Source of the DNA: Sorangium sp. So ce388
GTDB lineage: Bacteria > Myxococcota_A > Polyangia > Polyangiales > Polyangiaceae
Length of the DNA stretch: 64,000 nucleotides
Reading direction: 5' to 3'
Assembly (NCBI RefSeq): GCF_051474125.1
Contig: NZ_CP150338.1
Location: 9,350,583 to 9,414,582, forward strand
Every line of letters starts with the position of its first letter. Position 1 is the first letter of the stretch. A model generated the notes under the pieces. That model was given only the letters and a program-made list of their open reading frames with translations. It searched no databases and was not told the origin of the DNA. Shown piece after piece: positions 63,941 through 64,000 of the stretch. Made by a program: the position numbers and the translations under genes.

Positions 63941-64000
63941 GCCCAGCGCGACGGGCAGCGAGGCGGGGGAGCGGACGAGGTCCGCCCAGAGCGCGGAGAG

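Noticed and set aside
1-64000. Mobile elements (transposase, integrase, phage genes) that might explain the duplications and low-GC cassettes.
   Set aside because: No transposase or integrase-like translation and no terminal inverted repeats were found in any frame. The duplications are explained by homologous or repeat-mediated recombination instead.

Overview
High-GC (~70%) bacterial chromosome segment with strong myxobacterial hallmarks: a Ser/Thr kinase fused to a P-loop NTPase, PEGA/TPR proteins, MYXO-CTERM-like tails, Myxococcus-type cysteine-rich repeats, a fibro-slime/PA14-like domain and many lipoproteins. I support about 40 protein genes and found no rRNA, tRNA, CRISPR, transposase or integrase by eye.

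Main contents, in order:
- a 5'-truncated repeat-propeller protein
- a kinase-NTPase fusion with a divergent TPR/PEGA lipoprotein
- a sugar-acid catabolic operon (MFS transporter, IlvD/EDD dehydratase, DapA-family aldolase)
- a 12-TM membrane protein diverging from a small 2-TM channel-like protein
- a glycine-rich GGQGGFGG-repeat protein with a C-terminal BON domain
- an ECF sigma factor diverging from a second TPR/PEGA/TM protein
- two tandem beta-helix lipoproteins (Z1, Z2)
- a ~3.7 kb tandemly duplicated but mosaic module (see below)
- an NfeD/YqiJ-like plus flotillin (SPFH) operon
- two tandem Kelch-propeller/Cys-rich/MYXO-CTERM paralogs
- an SDR and a cytochrome-c/Cu-monooxygenase-like lipoprotein
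- two giant Cys-repeat lipoproteins flanking an AHL-lactonase-like MBL hydrolase
- an 1873-aa AAA ATPase ending in a PilZ domain, followed by a FIST protein and a long inverted repeat
- a CBM2-esterase, L-lactate dehydrogenase and an MscS channel

The most unusual region is 20.8-28.4 kb. A module is tandemly duplicated. Its minus-strand operon is W (small secreted protein), Y (lipoprotein) and X (cytoplasmic protein); upstream sits an array of 21-22 bp TGCGCA-core repeats. The module is bounded by a 3' fragment of a beta-helix lipoprotein gene on the + strand.
- The two copies are ~100% identical over W, the Y N-terminus and the upstream region.
- Identity collapses to ~45% at a sharp breakpoint inside Y, and X1/X2 are ~50% identical.
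- The Y C-terminus and X sit in conspicuously low-GC (~50%) DNA.
- One copy of Y carries an in-frame stop.

This fits a polymorphic lipoprotein toxin/immunity (kin-discrimination) locus with an accessory secreted protein. It may be related in logic to the myxobacterial outer-membrane-exchange sitBAI cassettes, but the families are not recognisable to me and may be undescribed.

Many long antisense ORFs are GC-skew artefacts and were rejected.
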